A model generated the notes under the pieces. That model made no database searches, was not told the origin of the DNA, and saw nothing but the letters and a program-made list of their open reading frames with translations. DNA of 40,410 nucleotides, from the NCBI GenBank assembly GCA_035399485.1, contig DAOPJC010000002.1:1-40410 (forward strand), read 5' to 3'. The stretch comes from Bacilli bacterium (GTDB lineage: Bacteria > Bacillota_I > Bacilli_A > RF39 > UBA660). Both the position numbers and the translations under genes were made by a program. Shown here in pieces: positions 16,517 through 25,689 of this stretch (its first letter is position 1; each line of letters begins with the position of its first letter).

Positions 16517-17149
16517 TTATAATTCACTTATATTTTTATTATAGTATTCTTCAGGATTAACAATTTGACCTTTATATAACATTTCAAATAGTAAATGCTC
16601 ATTTAAATCTTTATTTATATTAGATGTACCTGCTTTACCAATTACATCACCTTGTTTAACAACTTGATTTTCTTTTACTGTAATATCAGCTAAACTTTGA
16701 TAAACACTAATTAATTCATTATCATGTTTTATCTCTACTACATTTCCAAGTAAATCATCTTTTTTTATACTTAATACTGTGCCATCTAGAACAGAAATTA
16801 CTTCAAAATTTTTAGCTCCACCATACGCTACGGCATAATTAGGCATGTAAGTTGATTCATAATATATTATTGAGTTTTGTTGTTCTTCATCTGTACCTTG
16901 ATAATTATAGAAATTTTTTACTATTTTTACATTGGTATCTAAGTATGGCTTTATTATTATTGATTCGGTATTAACTACTGGTATTTCATCATTAATTACA
17001 ATCTTACTAACATATTCCTGATCAATATCAATATTTTCTTTACCTTTATCAAATGATAAATTAACCAAACTTAATGAAGATATTAAACCTATCATTGCAA
17101 CTCCACATAATAAATATTTACTTGTTTTTGTTAATCTAAACTTTTTCAT
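16517..17149 (-). CDS. spoIIQ: membrane-anchored degenerate LytM/M23-domain protein, SpoIIQ-like
   Basis: N-terminal TM plus a C-terminal M23 fold (GTVLSIKKDDLLGNVVEIKHDNELISVYQSL...VKQGDVIGKAGTS). The HxxxD motif is absent and HLHFE is degraded to HLLFE. The spoIIQ-spoIIID-mbl order matches Bacillus. Confidence 0.6.
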   Translation of the reverse strand: MKKFRLTKTSKYLLCGVAMIGLISSLSLVNLSFDKGKENIDIDQEYVSKIVINDEIPVVNTESIIIKPYLDTNVKIVKNFYNYQGTDEEQQNSIIYYESTYMPNYAVAYGGAKNFEVISVLDGTVLSIKKDDLLGNVVEIKHDNELISVYQSLADITVKENQVVKQGDVIGKAGTSNINKDLNEHLLFEMLYKGQIVNPEEYYNKNISEL

Positions 17150-17189
17150 ATTATCACCTCTATTTTAATTGTGCACATTAAATTAAATT

Positions 17190-18110
17190 TTATACAATTT
17201 TTTTAATTTCTACACCTTGATAATAATATTTAATAATTTGATCATATGAATAACCTATTTTACCCATTGCTTCAGCACCATATTGACTCATTCCAACTCC
17301 ATGACCATAACCTTTTGTATCTATTTTAATAATATTATTTATTTGGGAAATATTAAAATATGTAGATCTTAATCCTAAATTAGTAGTAATTTCACTAGCA
17401 TTTTTAATTATGTTATTAATTTTTAAATTTTTAATTCGACCTGTTGAAGTTTTATTTAAATATGTAACTTCAACTTTAGAATTGTATTCCATTTTTAATT
17501 TTTGATAAAATTCATTTAAAGTAAAATATTTACTTTCTTGATATACTGGAGAAATATTATCCCATGTAGAGTCTACACTTTTTAAATAAGGCAAATCACT
17601 TTCAAATATTTCTTTACAGTTTTCTGTCTTTCCTGTTGAGGTAAAAAAATATAATGCTTCTATTATTTCATCATTATATGTAATATATTCACTATATGTT
17701 TCTAATACAGCTTTTTTTAATATATTAATTTTATTTACATATTCATCTTTCCAAGTGTCTTTTAAATAATTATTATCTAAATATACTTGATTCATAACTG
17801 TATCTACAACATCATAATCATTATTTATATTATATTCCATTTTTTTCATAACATAAGTTCTTGCGGCTACTGCTTGAGCTTTTAATGCTTCAATATGAAA
17901 AGAAGTAGGCATTTCTCCTGCAAGAACACCTACTACATAATCTTCTAATGGCACTTTATCAATATTACCGTTAGATCTTTTAACTCTAACATTCATATTT
18001 TCACTATACTCAAATTTTATTTCTTCATTTTTAATAAATATATTTACTATTAATATAGGAATCAATATTATTAGCAAAGAAAAAAGTAGTACTTTTTTCA
18101 AATTAATCAC
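17190..18110 (-). CDS. spoIID: stage II sporulation protein D (lytic transglycosylase)
   Basis: Contains EDYVVGVLAGEMPTSFHIEALKAQAVAARTY and GHGVGMSQYGA, which are SpoIID-family signatures. The start is uncertain: GTG 18110, or TTG 18101 behind GGGGTGA. Confidence 0.88.
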   Translation of the reverse strand: MINLKKVLLFSLLIILIPILIVNIFIKNEEIKFEYSENMNVRVKRSNGNIDKVPLEDYVVGVLAGEMPTSFHIEALKAQAVAARTYVMKKMEYNINNDYDVVDTVMNQVYLDNNYLKDTWKDEYVNKINILKKAVLETYSEYITYNDEIIEALYFFTSTGKTENCKEIFESDLPYLKSVDSTWDNISPVYQESKYFTLNEFYQKLKMEYNSKVEVTYLNKTSTGRIKNLKINNIIKNASEITTNLGLRSTYFNISQINNIIKIDTKGYGHGVGMSQYGAEAMGKIGYSYDQIIKYYYQGVEIKKIV

Positions 18111-18124
18111 CCCATTAATTTTAC

Positions 18125-18325
18125 TTATACTACTATTTGTGAATTAAGAAAAAAATCATAGAAAAAATTAACAGTTAAATATGATAATGCGATAGCAACG
18201 ACGAAGAAGAAAATCCTTGCTTGCAATACCTTATTTGCCTTAATAAATTTTTCATAATTTATTCCGTCCATACTATATATTATAAGTGGAACTGTTAAAA
18301 TATATAATATAGCCTTAATTGTCAT
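18125..18325 (-). CDS. DUF1146 (YwzB-like) small membrane protein
   Basis: NYEKFIKANKVLQARIFFFVVAIALSYLTVNFFYDFFL resembles B. subtilis YwzB. Start set to ATG 18325 (GAGGA 9 nt upstream) instead of 18340. It overlaps the rpiB 3' end. Confidence 0.7.
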   Translation of the reverse strand: MTIKAILYILTVPLIIYSMDGINYEKFIKANKVLQARIFFFVVAIALSYLTVNFFYDFFLNSQIVV

Positions 18326-18770
18326 TTTTAGAATCCTCATGATAGTTATCTAACATATCATTTCTAATTTTATATCTTTCCAATGTGTTTGGCTCAGCAT
18401 TTAGGAAAGCTTCAAGCATATCTTTTATTAAAAATATACTTAATTCGGAAGAGATAGAGATTGCATTAGCGTTATTGTGTTCTTTTGCTAATTTAGCTTC
18501 TTTAACATTATCTATCTTAGCACATCTAATCCCTTTTACTTTATTAGCTGCGATAGACATACCTATCCCGGTACCACATATTAAAATTGCTAAATCAGCA
18601 TTTTTATTTTGAACCATTTTGGCTGCTTTAAAAGCATATTCTGGATAATTAACAATAATTGTATTATTAGTACCCAAATCTAATACTTCGTATCCTCTTT
18701 TTTTTAAATAATCTTTTATTTTTGTTTTCTTTTTTACACCACGATGATCGTTGGCGAGTACTATTTTCAT
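18315..18770 (-). CDS. rpiB: ribose-5-phosphate isomerase B (RpiB/LacAB family)
   Basis: Contains MKIVLANDHRG..., ILICGTGIGMSIAANK and AKEHNNAN motifs. Start set at ATG 18770 behind tggagg. Confidence 0.9.
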   Translation of the reverse strand: MKIVLANDHRGVKKKTKIKDYLKKRGYEVLDLGTNNTIIVNYPEYAFKAAKMVQNKNADLAILICGTGIGMSIAANKVKGIRCAKIDNVKEAKLAKEHNNANAISISSELSIFLIKDMLEAFLNAEPNTLERYKIRNDMLDNYHEDSKNDN

Positions 18771-18794
18771 AATTACCTCCATAATTCTATATAT

Positions 18795-18823
18795 ATTATA
18801 GCATTTATAATTTATAGAGTAAA
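18795..18823 (-). promoter_or_regulatory. sigma-A promoter of the rpiB-DUF1146-spoIID transcription unit
   Basis: Minus strand: TTTACT (18818-18823), 17 nt, extended -10 TGcTATAAT (18795-18803). It lies about 25 nt upstream of ATG 18770. Confidence 0.55.
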
Positions 18824-19457
18824 TTAAAGTAAAACGATAAATATCGACATTTTTTATATAGCCAACCCTTATTAAATATTTAATTTACAACCGTAAATAT
18901 TTAATTTTTTAGGTAATAATATTAATTGCGCGCGAATATTAAAATTATCACTTTTATTAAATTAATTAAATTATCTACTTTTCCCTTTTTCTCATATATC
19001 TACTCTCAATTATTTGGAATTCAAATTTAATTAATTTTTAAATTATTAAGAATGCACTTATATAGTCTCTTATTCTTACATATAACAATTTCTTATATAA
19101 CTATCAAAATATCAAACACGTTTACATGAAGTCGAATGTAAATATTTTTCATATCTTTTCATATTATCAATTTCTATTAACTTAATAATTTTTAAAATAT
19201 AATAAACCCAGTTTAATATAATTATCATATTTAAGAAATTATATGCCTATATATAGGTCTTATATTCAGTTAATATTATAGTTATATATATTTAGCTCAA
19301 TCTTTCTACCTCCTTCTATATTAATTATATCATCTGTAATTTTGTTAATATCTAGTAAAATACAAATTTATAAAATTATACACTTAATTTTACATTTTAA
19401 TATATCTCACTATTTTATTACTTTTATATATTGATAATATTATTATAATTTTGGGAA

Positions 19458-19495
19458 ATAAAAAAATAGTAGGCTTAAAAATATTTCCCACTATT
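19458..19495 (-). terminator. rho-independent terminator of rpmE
   Basis: Minus-strand RNA forms aauagugg g...ccuacuauu, a 9-bp stem with one G:U pair. A T7 run follows. Confidence 0.7.
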
Positions 19496-19526
19496 ATATA
19501 CATAAAAAAAATAATATATTTCTATA

Positions 19527-19730
19527 TTATTTATTTAATCCATATTTACGATTGAATTTTTCTACACGTCCTGTTTTTGTAGCAGTACCTTGTTTACCTG
19601 TAAAAAATGGATGACATTGATTACAAACTTCAACGTGTAATTCATTTTTGTTTGATTTTACTGTGAAAGTGTTTCCACAAGCACAAGTTACTTTTGTATC
19701 AACATAATTTGGATGAATATCTTTTTTCAT
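19527..19730 (-). CDS. rpmE: 50S ribosomal protein L31, Zn-ribbon (C+) form
   Basis: [26 protein letters not shown]...[15 protein letters not shown]. Both CxC/CxxC pairs are present. Confidence 0.95.
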   Translation of the reverse strand: MKKDIHPNYVDTKVTCACGNTFTVKSNKNELHVEVCNQCHPFFTGKQGTATKTGRVEKFNRKYGLNK

Positions 19731-19814
19731 TCTAATTCTCCTTCCGCCATGACAATACTTGTCATAGTAATTTTGCTTTTATATTATAACAATAATATGT
19801 TAAATATGTCAATA

Positions 19815-20459
19815 TTATTTTCTACTTTTACCAAATAATCTTAATAATTCTATAAATATATTAATAAAATCTAAGTATAATTCGAATGCTCCTATTATAG
19901 CAACTCTATCATCATCTTGCATAGCTTCTTGTAAACGTTTAATTTTTTGCATATCATAAGCAGTTATTCCCATAAATAAGCATACACATAGAATTGATAG
20001 CACCATATCTAATCCTGTACTTTTAATGAACATATTAAATATAGAAACAAGTATTACACCTAATAATCCCATAAATAGAATAGTTGATATTTTTGATAAA
20101 TCCATTTTTGTTTTTGATCCTACGTATGCAAATATACCAAATATGCCTGCAGTTAGAACAAATACATAAATAATAGAATTTACTGAAAAATAAGCAAATA
20201 ATACTGCAAATGTTAAACCTGTCATAAATGAATACAAACAGAATAATACTTTAGCAGTTAATGGTTGCATTTTGTTAATGCGAGCTGTTAATACTACTAC
20301 TATAACTATTTCTATTAAATAGATAAAAACTTGTATCCCAGATGTAAAAATATTATATAACATATTTTCATTACCAGATACTACATAACCAGTAACAAAT
20401 GTTATTAATAATCCAATAAACATCCATAAAAATACTTTACTAACTAATTTATTTTCCAT
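19815..20459 (-). CDS. Bax inhibitor-1/YccA-family membrane protein
   Basis: 214 aa with 7 TM segments. The C-terminal signature AIIGAFELYLDFINIFIELLRLFG is typical of the BI-1 family. Confidence 0.85.
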   Translation of the reverse strand: MENKLVSKVFLWMFIGLLITFVTGYVVSGNENMLYNIFTSGIQVFIYLIEIVIVVVLTARINKMQPLTAKVLFCLYSFMTGLTFAVLFAYFSVNSIIYVFVLTAGIFGIFAYVGSKTKMDLSKISTILFMGLLGVILVSIFNMFIKSTGLDMVLSILCVCLFMGITAYDMQKIKRLQEAMQDDDRVAIIGAFELYLDFINIFIELLRLFGKSRK

Positions 20460-20460
20460 A

Positions 20461-21132
20461 TTATACCTCCGTATTCATTATATCATTTTTTATATTTCTT
20501 ATCAATTCATCACTTATATATTTATATTCATATTTATTTGGTAATTTATTATTTATTTTATTATATATATCTATATAATTGATATCACTTTCTTTTGCTA
20601 TATCTTTGTAATGTTTATTTAATTCTTTTAATACCTTATCTAATTCTTTATTATTAGGATAAGGATTATATATACCTATTAAATATATTTTTTCTTTACT
20701 AATATTTCTTATATTTATAAGTAATTCTCTCATATCTTTTTTTAAATTTATTATATTATTATATAGAATCTTTGGATTATCTACATAGTTAATAAAATCA
20801 TTCATTCCAATTGATATAGTTATTAAATCTGCCTTAATAATAGCGTTTTTAATAGAAATCATTTTATTTTCATATAAAATTTTCTCATTATTATTTATTA
20901 ATATATTTAGATCTGTTGTTCTATAATTGTTTTTAATGAACTCTTTATTAATTCTTTCAAACTTGTCAATACTTTTTAAATATTTTTTAATTTCATCTGT
21001 AAAATTATTGTTTTCTACTCCTATCGTTATTTCATCACCTAAAGCAAGATAATATACTTTATTATCCTTTGTTTTTATATATATAATTATTATTGATATA
21101 CATATTAGTAAAATATATAATATTTTTTTCAT
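20461..21132 (-). CDS. membrane-anchored SGNH-like protein lacking the block-I nucleophile Ser
   Basis: Signal anchor, then YYLALGDEITIG (GDE where SGNH enzymes have GDS) and ISIGMNDF (block III GxND). I see no clear DxxH block V. Confidence 0.5.
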   Translation of the reverse strand: MKKILYILLICISIIIIYIKTKDNKVYYLALGDEITIGVENNNFTDEIKKYLKSIDKFERINKEFIKNNYRTTDLNILINNNEKILYENKMISIKNAIIKADLITISIGMNDFINYVDNPKILYNNIINLKKDMRELLINIRNISKEKIYLIGIYNPYPNNKELDKVLKELNKHYKDIAKESDINYIDIYNKINNKLPNKYEYKYISDELIRNIKNDIMNTEV

Positions 21133-21141
21133 ATTCCTCCT

Positions 21142-21167
21142 AAAAAAAAGTAGATTTACTCTACTTT
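21142..21167 (-). terminator. terminator of murA
   Basis: Stem aaagtag / ctacttt, followed on the minus strand by a T-run. It overlaps the murA stop codon. Confidence 0.5.
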
Positions 21168-22425
21168 ATTTTATTTCTTCTATATAAATTTTAGCACCTA
21201 CATTTGTAAGTTTTTCTACTATATTTTCATATCCTCTTAAAATATACTCTACATTTGTAATTATTGTTTCACCATCTGCTTTTAAAGCTGCTAGTACTAA
21301 ACAAGCTCCTGCTCGTAAATCAGTTGCTTCAACTTTACTACCATGCAATTGTGTATTACCTTCTACTACAATTTTATTATTATTATTTATTGTGATAGAA
21401 GCACCCATTGTATTTAGATAAGGAATGTTTTTAAATCTATTTTCATAAATTGTTTCCTCTAATTGTGATTCGCCACAACATTGTGTTAATAAAGCTGTAA
21501 CTGGTTGTTGCAAATCAGTAGGGAAACCTGGATATCCAAGAGTCTTTATTTTTACTGGTTTCATATCTTTAGTAGCATTTATAATTATATAATCATCATT
21601 CACTTCCATATCAACACCCATTTCTTCTAATTTAGAAATTAGCATTTCAACATGTTTAGTAATAATATTATCTATTTTTAATTTTTTTCCTACTAAGGCA
21701 CCTAATATAATATAAGTTCCTGCTTCTATTCTATCTGGTATAACTTCAGTAAATCCCTTACCTAGTTTTTCAACTCCAGTTATTGTTATTTTACTTGTTC
21801 CAGCCCCTCTAATTTTAGCTCCCATATTATTTAAAAATGTTGCAACATTTACTATTTCAGGTTCCTTAGCGGCATTTTCAATTACGGTTACACCTTTTGC
21901 TTTTACTGCTGCTAACATTGTATTGATAGTTGCTCCTACACTTGGCATATCTAAAGATATGTTAGCTCCTTTTAATACTTTAGCTGTTATAGTAAATTTA
22001 TTATCTTTTTCAATTATTTTAGCTCCTAGTGCTCTAAATCCTTTTAATGTTTGATCAATTGGTCTTGCACCTATAGAACATCCACCTGGAAAATACATTT
22101 CAACTTTTTTATATTTTCCTAATAAAGCAGACATAAAATAATATGAAGCTCTTAATTTACTTGATATTTCTTTTGGTATTTCTTTATTTTTTATTGGTCT
22201 AGAATCAATTATCATTGTATTATCTTTTTTAGTTACTTTTGCACCTAAATATTTTAATATATCATTTAAGGCATCAATATCTGAAATATTTGGAACATTA
22301 TCAATAGTTACTTCCTCATCTGAAAGAAGCGAAGCTGGAACTAGTGCTACAGCACTATTTTTAGCACCACTAATTGATATAGTACCTTGCAACGTATGAT
22401 TTCCTTCAATTCTAATTTGTTTCAT
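21166..22425 (-). CDS. murA: UDP-N-acetylglucosamine 1-carboxyvinyltransferase
   Basis: 419 aa. Contains ISGAKNSAVALV, the active-site loop FPGGCSIGARPID with the catalytic Cys, and YPGFPTDLQ. Confidence 0.95.
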   Translation of the reverse strand: MKQIRIEGNHTLQGTISISGAKNSAVALVPASLLSDEEVTIDNVPNISDIDALNDILKYLGAKVTKKDNTMIIDSRPIKNKEIPKEISSKLRASYYFMSALLGKYKKVEMYFPGGCSIGARPIDQTLKGFRALGAKIIEKDNKFTITAKVLKGANISLDMPSVGATINTMLAAVKAKGVTVIENAAKEPEIVNVATFLNNMGAKIRGAGTSKITITGVEKLGKGFTEVIPDRIEAGTYIILGALVGKKLKIDNIITKHVEMLISKLEEMGVDMEVNDDYIIINATKDMKPVKIKTLGYPGFPTDLQQPVTALLTQCCGESQLEETIYENRFKNIPYLNTMGASITINNNNKIVVEGNTQLHGSKVEATDLRAGACLVLAALKADGETIITNVEYILRGYENIVEKLTNVGAKIYIEEIK

Positions 22426-22439
22426 ACTACACCCCCATA

Positions 22440-23291
22440 CTATGCTTTGTTTTCAGAACCGAATAATAATATTTTATTTTTAATAGCTGTCTTCATAGAA
22501 GTTTCTCCACCACCTATTACTTTACGTGGATCATATGCTTTTTGATTATTATTTAAAAATTCAACCATTCCATTTCTCCAAGCTATTTGAAGTTCTGTGT
22601 TAACATTAATCTTGCAAGTTCCACACTCGATAGCTCTTTTAATTTTATCGTCTGGAATTCCTGTTCCGCCATGTAATACTAGTGGCATTTTTGTCATATC
22701 ACTAATTTGTTTCATTCGATCAAAATCTAAATTTGGTTCACCTTTATATAATCCATGAACACTACCTAGTGCTGGAGCAAAAGCATCTAATTTAACATTG
22801 TCAACCATTTGCTTACAATCTTCTACTTTTGCATACATTAAATCAGCTGACATATTATCTTCTTGTCCACCAACATGCCCCATTTCAGCTTCCACACTAG
22901 CTTTATATTTTTTAGCAAGTTTTACAACTTGTTTAGTAATATTTATATTTTCAGCAACTTCATATTTTGAAGCATCAATCATAACTGATGTAAATCCTGC
23001 TTTTAAAGCCTCATTACATGATTCAACACTACTACCATGGTCTAAATGAATTGCAACAGGTACAGTAATTTTTAAACCATTGCATAAATTTCTTACTAAT
23101 GAAGCAACTACTTGGTATCCACCCATATATTTTATAGCACCTTCACTAACTCCAATTATTACAGGACTATGCATTTCTTCACATTCTTCTAAGATATATC
23201 TAGTCCATTCAAGATTATTAATATTAAAATGTGGTACTGCATATTTGCCTTCATATGCTTTCTTTAACATTTTGTTCATATTTTCTATCAT
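22440..23291 (-). CDS. fba: class II fructose-1,6-bisphosphate aldolase
   Basis: Contains YAVPHFNINNLEW, VAIHLDHG and LVLHGGTGIPD motifs. I prefer ATG 23291 (MIENMNKML..., GGTGA RBS) to the 20-codon upstream extension in the track. Confidence 0.92.
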   Translation of the reverse strand: MIENMNKMLKKAYEGKYAVPHFNINNLEWTRYILEECEEMHSPVIIGVSEGAIKYMGGYQVVASLVRNLCNGLKITVPVAIHLDHGSSVESCNEALKAGFTSVMIDASKYEVAENINITKQVVKLAKKYKASVEAEMGHVGGQEDNMSADLMYAKVEDCKQMVDNVKLDAFAPALGSVHGLYKGEPNLDFDRMKQISDMTKMPLVLHGGTGIPDDKIKRAIECGTCKINVNTELQIAWRNGMVEFLNNNQKAYDPRKVIGGGETSMKTAIKNKILLFGSENKA

Positions 23292-23347
23292 ATTATCACC
23301 ATTATCATTATATATTTTTTTTTCACAAAAGGCAAATAATGTGTAAA

Positions 23348-23875
23348 TCAAAAAATATAAAAAAATCCTAATAGAATAAGTATTATACCGCCTATTATAT
23401 TAGCAATCATCCCTAATAAACTATTAATAACTTTTCCTAATTTTAATCCTAAATATGTAAACAAAGAACTAATTATAGAAAATACTAATGGTGGTATAAA
23501 TAAATTATTTGTTATGGCATTTAAACCTATACCTATACTAAAACTATCAATGCTAACCGCAAGTGAAAACGCTATTATTTCTATATTATATATATTCTTT
23601 ACTTCTTTTTTTCTCCTACTATCTAATATCATATTTATACCTATAATAGAAAGAATAAGAAAAATTACTATATCCGTATCTATTTCAAATATATTAAATA
23701 TAATATTTCCCAAGATGTAACCTAGGATAGGCATAAAAAAATGAAACATTCCTACACTTAATGATAGTTTTTTAATATCTTTTTCTTTTATATTTTTACT
23801 TCCATAAAGAATAGCAAGTGAAAATGCATCCATACTTAAACTTATTCCTATTAATATTATTGTTAAAATTTTCAT
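23348..23875 (-). CDS. mntP: manganese efflux pump MntP (DUF204 repeats)
   Basis: 175 aa with 6 TM segments. It has a duplicated SxDAF/SxDSF motif (LSMDAFSLAI and AVSIDSFSIGI). Confidence 0.85.
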   Translation of the reverse strand: MKILTIILIGISLSMDAFSLAILYGSKNIKEKDIKKLSLSVGMFHFFMPILGYILGNIIFNIFEIDTDIVIFLILSIIGINMILDSRRKKEVKNIYNIEIIAFSLAVSIDSFSIGIGLNAITNNLFIPPLVFSIISSLFTYLGLKLGKVINSLLGMIANIIGGIILILLGFFYIF

Positions 23876-23921
23876 TATTCCTCCTACAATAATATATTAA
23901 ATAGGATTAACATATATGAGT

Positions 23922-24452
23922 TTAAAAATATTTTTTTATCATCTCTTTTACAAAAAATTGATATTCATATTCTGTTTGTTCTTCAGCTTCAATAAGACAT
24001 AATGGAGGAAATAAAACACACCACCAATTTTTTCCAGCACCATCACCTAATGTGACTACTAATGATTTATAATTACCTTCTCTATATTTAACACAATAAT
24101 ACTCTTTTTCCGGGAAGTAATTATATCCTAATTCTACTTTAAATCCTTTTATATATTTTTCTTTAACTAAAGTTTCTTCTACTACATTATTTAAGTATTC
24201 AATATTATTTTCTAATATTTGTTCCGTTTCAGATACAGATTCTGTATCTTGCAATATTTGTCCTAAACTGTTTTCTAAATTACTTTTTACTTTTAGTTTT
24301 ATATTTTGATCATACTTACTATCACTATTAGCAACTATTCTAAATCGCATTGAATTATCAGGAATAACAATTTCTTTCTTATTTATATTTCCTATATATA
24401 AATAAGCTAATCCCACTAATATTACTATATAAATTGGTTTCAAAAAAATCAT
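23922..24452 (-). CDS. spoIIR: stage II sporulation protein R
   Basis: Contains FRIVANSDSKYDQNIKLKV and NWWCVLFPPLC, the SpoIIR signatures. The start may be TTG 24443, because AGGAG abuts ATG 24452. Confidence 0.88.
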   Translation of the reverse strand: MIFLKPIYIVILVGLAYLYIGNINKKEIVIPDNSMRFRIVANSDSKYDQNIKLKVKSNLENSLGQILQDTESVSETEQILENNIEYLNNVVEETLVKEKYIKGFKVELGYNYFPEKEYYCVKYREGNYKSLVVTLGDGAGKNWWCVLFPPLCLIEAEEQTEYEYQFFVKEMIKKYF

Positions 24453-24492
24453 CTCCTATTTAATAGTGAGATGATTTTAATATTTTATTCAA

Positions 24493-24948
24493 TTATTTAT
24501 GATAACTTTCATTTTTATTTATTTTGAATGCTCTATATATTTGTTCTAACAAAACTACTCTAAATAATTGATGAGGAAATGTCATTTTTGAAAATGATAA
24601 ATGATAATTACTCATTTGTTTAATTTCATCAGCAAGTCCATATGAACCGCCAATTATAAAAGTAATATTAGAATTAGTATTAAATATACTATCTATTTTT
24701 TTGGCAAATTCTTCACTTGTTATCATATTACCTTCTAATTCAAGAGTAATAATATAATCCTTTGAATTAATATTTTTTAATATTAATTCTTTCTCTTTTT
24801 CCTTAGTTAATAAATCATTCTCATAATCATAATCAGGTAATGAAATTATTTCTAATTTTGTATATTTACTTAAGCGCTTTTGATATTCTTTTATTGCGTC
24901 TTCTAAATATTTTTCTTTTATTTTACCTACACATATGATTTTGAGCAT
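24493..24948 (-). CDS. rlmH: 23S rRNA (pseudouridine1915-N3)-methyltransferase
   Basis: 151 aa. Contains MLKIICVGKIKEKYLEDAIKEYQKRL, FIIGGSYGL and SFSKMTFPHQLFRVVLLEQIYRAF (SPOUT knot). Confidence 0.92.
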   Translation of the reverse strand: MLKIICVGKIKEKYLEDAIKEYQKRLSKYTKLEIISLPDYDYENDLLTKEKEKELILKNINSKDYIITLELEGNMITSEEFAKKIDSIFNTNSNITFIIGGSYGLADEIKQMSNYHLSFSKMTFPHQLFRVVLLEQIYRAFKINKNESYHK

Positions 24949-25688
24949 AGTTCTATTACCTCTAATCTTTCATTTTGTTCTGCCACTATAACATTCTCAA
25001 CATTTATATTGTCTTTTATATTATTTAGAGCAAGATCATGATCATTATTATCATGACTTATATGGGCTAAAACAATTTGTTTAGTATTATTTCCCACAAA
25101 TTTTGTTAAATAATATAAACAATCTTTATTTGATATATGTCCTTCATCGCCAATTACACGCATTTTTAGATAATATGGTCTACTACCATTCATTATCATA
25201 TCTATATCGTGATTACTTTCAATGATATAAGCAGTTCTATTAGATAATTTTTCAAAATATTTTTGGTTTATATAACCTGTATCAGTTATATATACTAAAC
25301 TTGTATTTTCATAATTAAATATATATCCTTTACATTCAGGAGTATCATGCGATAGTTTTATTGTTTCAACTAAATTATCATTTATTATTTCATCTTCTTC
25401 AATAAAATGATAATTATTAATTTCTATATTAATATTATCATATATTTTTTGAGTCAAATACACTATTGGGTTATACACTTTTATAAATCTTTTTAATCCT
25501 GCTATATGATCTTCATGAATATGAGTAATAAATATTCCTTCTATTTCACTAGGATCTACTTCTATTTCTTTTAATTTATTAGAAACATAAAGGAAATTCA
25601 TACCTATATCTATTAGATATTTATGATTATCTATTTCGATATAAGTACAATTTCCTTTTGAACCACTTGCTAAAACACAAAATTTCAT
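24927..25688 (-). CDS. yycJ: MBL-fold metallo-hydrolase, YycJ/WalJ-like
   Basis: MKFCVLASGSKGNCTYIE..., plus the HxHxDH motif in ITHIHEDHIAG. It overlaps rlmH by 22 nt. Confidence 0.85.
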   Translation of the reverse strand: MKFCVLASGSKGNCTYIEIDNHKYLIDIGMNFLYVSNKLKEIEVDPSEIEGIFITHIHEDHIAGLKRFIKVYNPIVYLTQKIYDNINIEINNYHFIEEDEIINDNLVETIKLSHDTPECKGYIFNYENTSLVYITDTGYINQKYFEKLSNRTAYIIESNHDIDMIMNGSRPYYLKMRVIGDEGHISNKDCLYYLTKFVGNNTKQIVLAHISHDNNDHDLALNNIKDNINVENVIVAEQNERLEVIELCSKSYV

Positions 25689-25689
25689 T

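Noticed and set aside
18385-18612. Plus-strand 75-aa ORF
   Set aside because: It is antisense to rpiB.
18920-18945. GCGCGC core flanked by AATATT as a possible long palindrome or hairpin
   Set aside because: Only the hexamer itself is palindromic. The flanks do not pair when aligned around any centre.
23307-23335. TTGCCT-17-TATAAT promoter-like element with an A9/T9 tract in the spacer upstream of fba, a possible phase-variable promoter
   Set aside because: The predicted TSS would fall on top of the fba RBS, so the assignment is doubtful. Slipped-strand control of a core glycolytic gene is also implausible without population data.
22798-23720. Plus-strand ORFs at 22798-23049, 23080-23346 and 23514-23720
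   Set aside because: They are antisense to fba and mntP.
23876-23921. Expected yybP-ykoY manganese riboswitch upstream of mntP
   Set aside because: The upstream gap is only 46 nt, too short for the riboswitch, and no conserved elements were seen.
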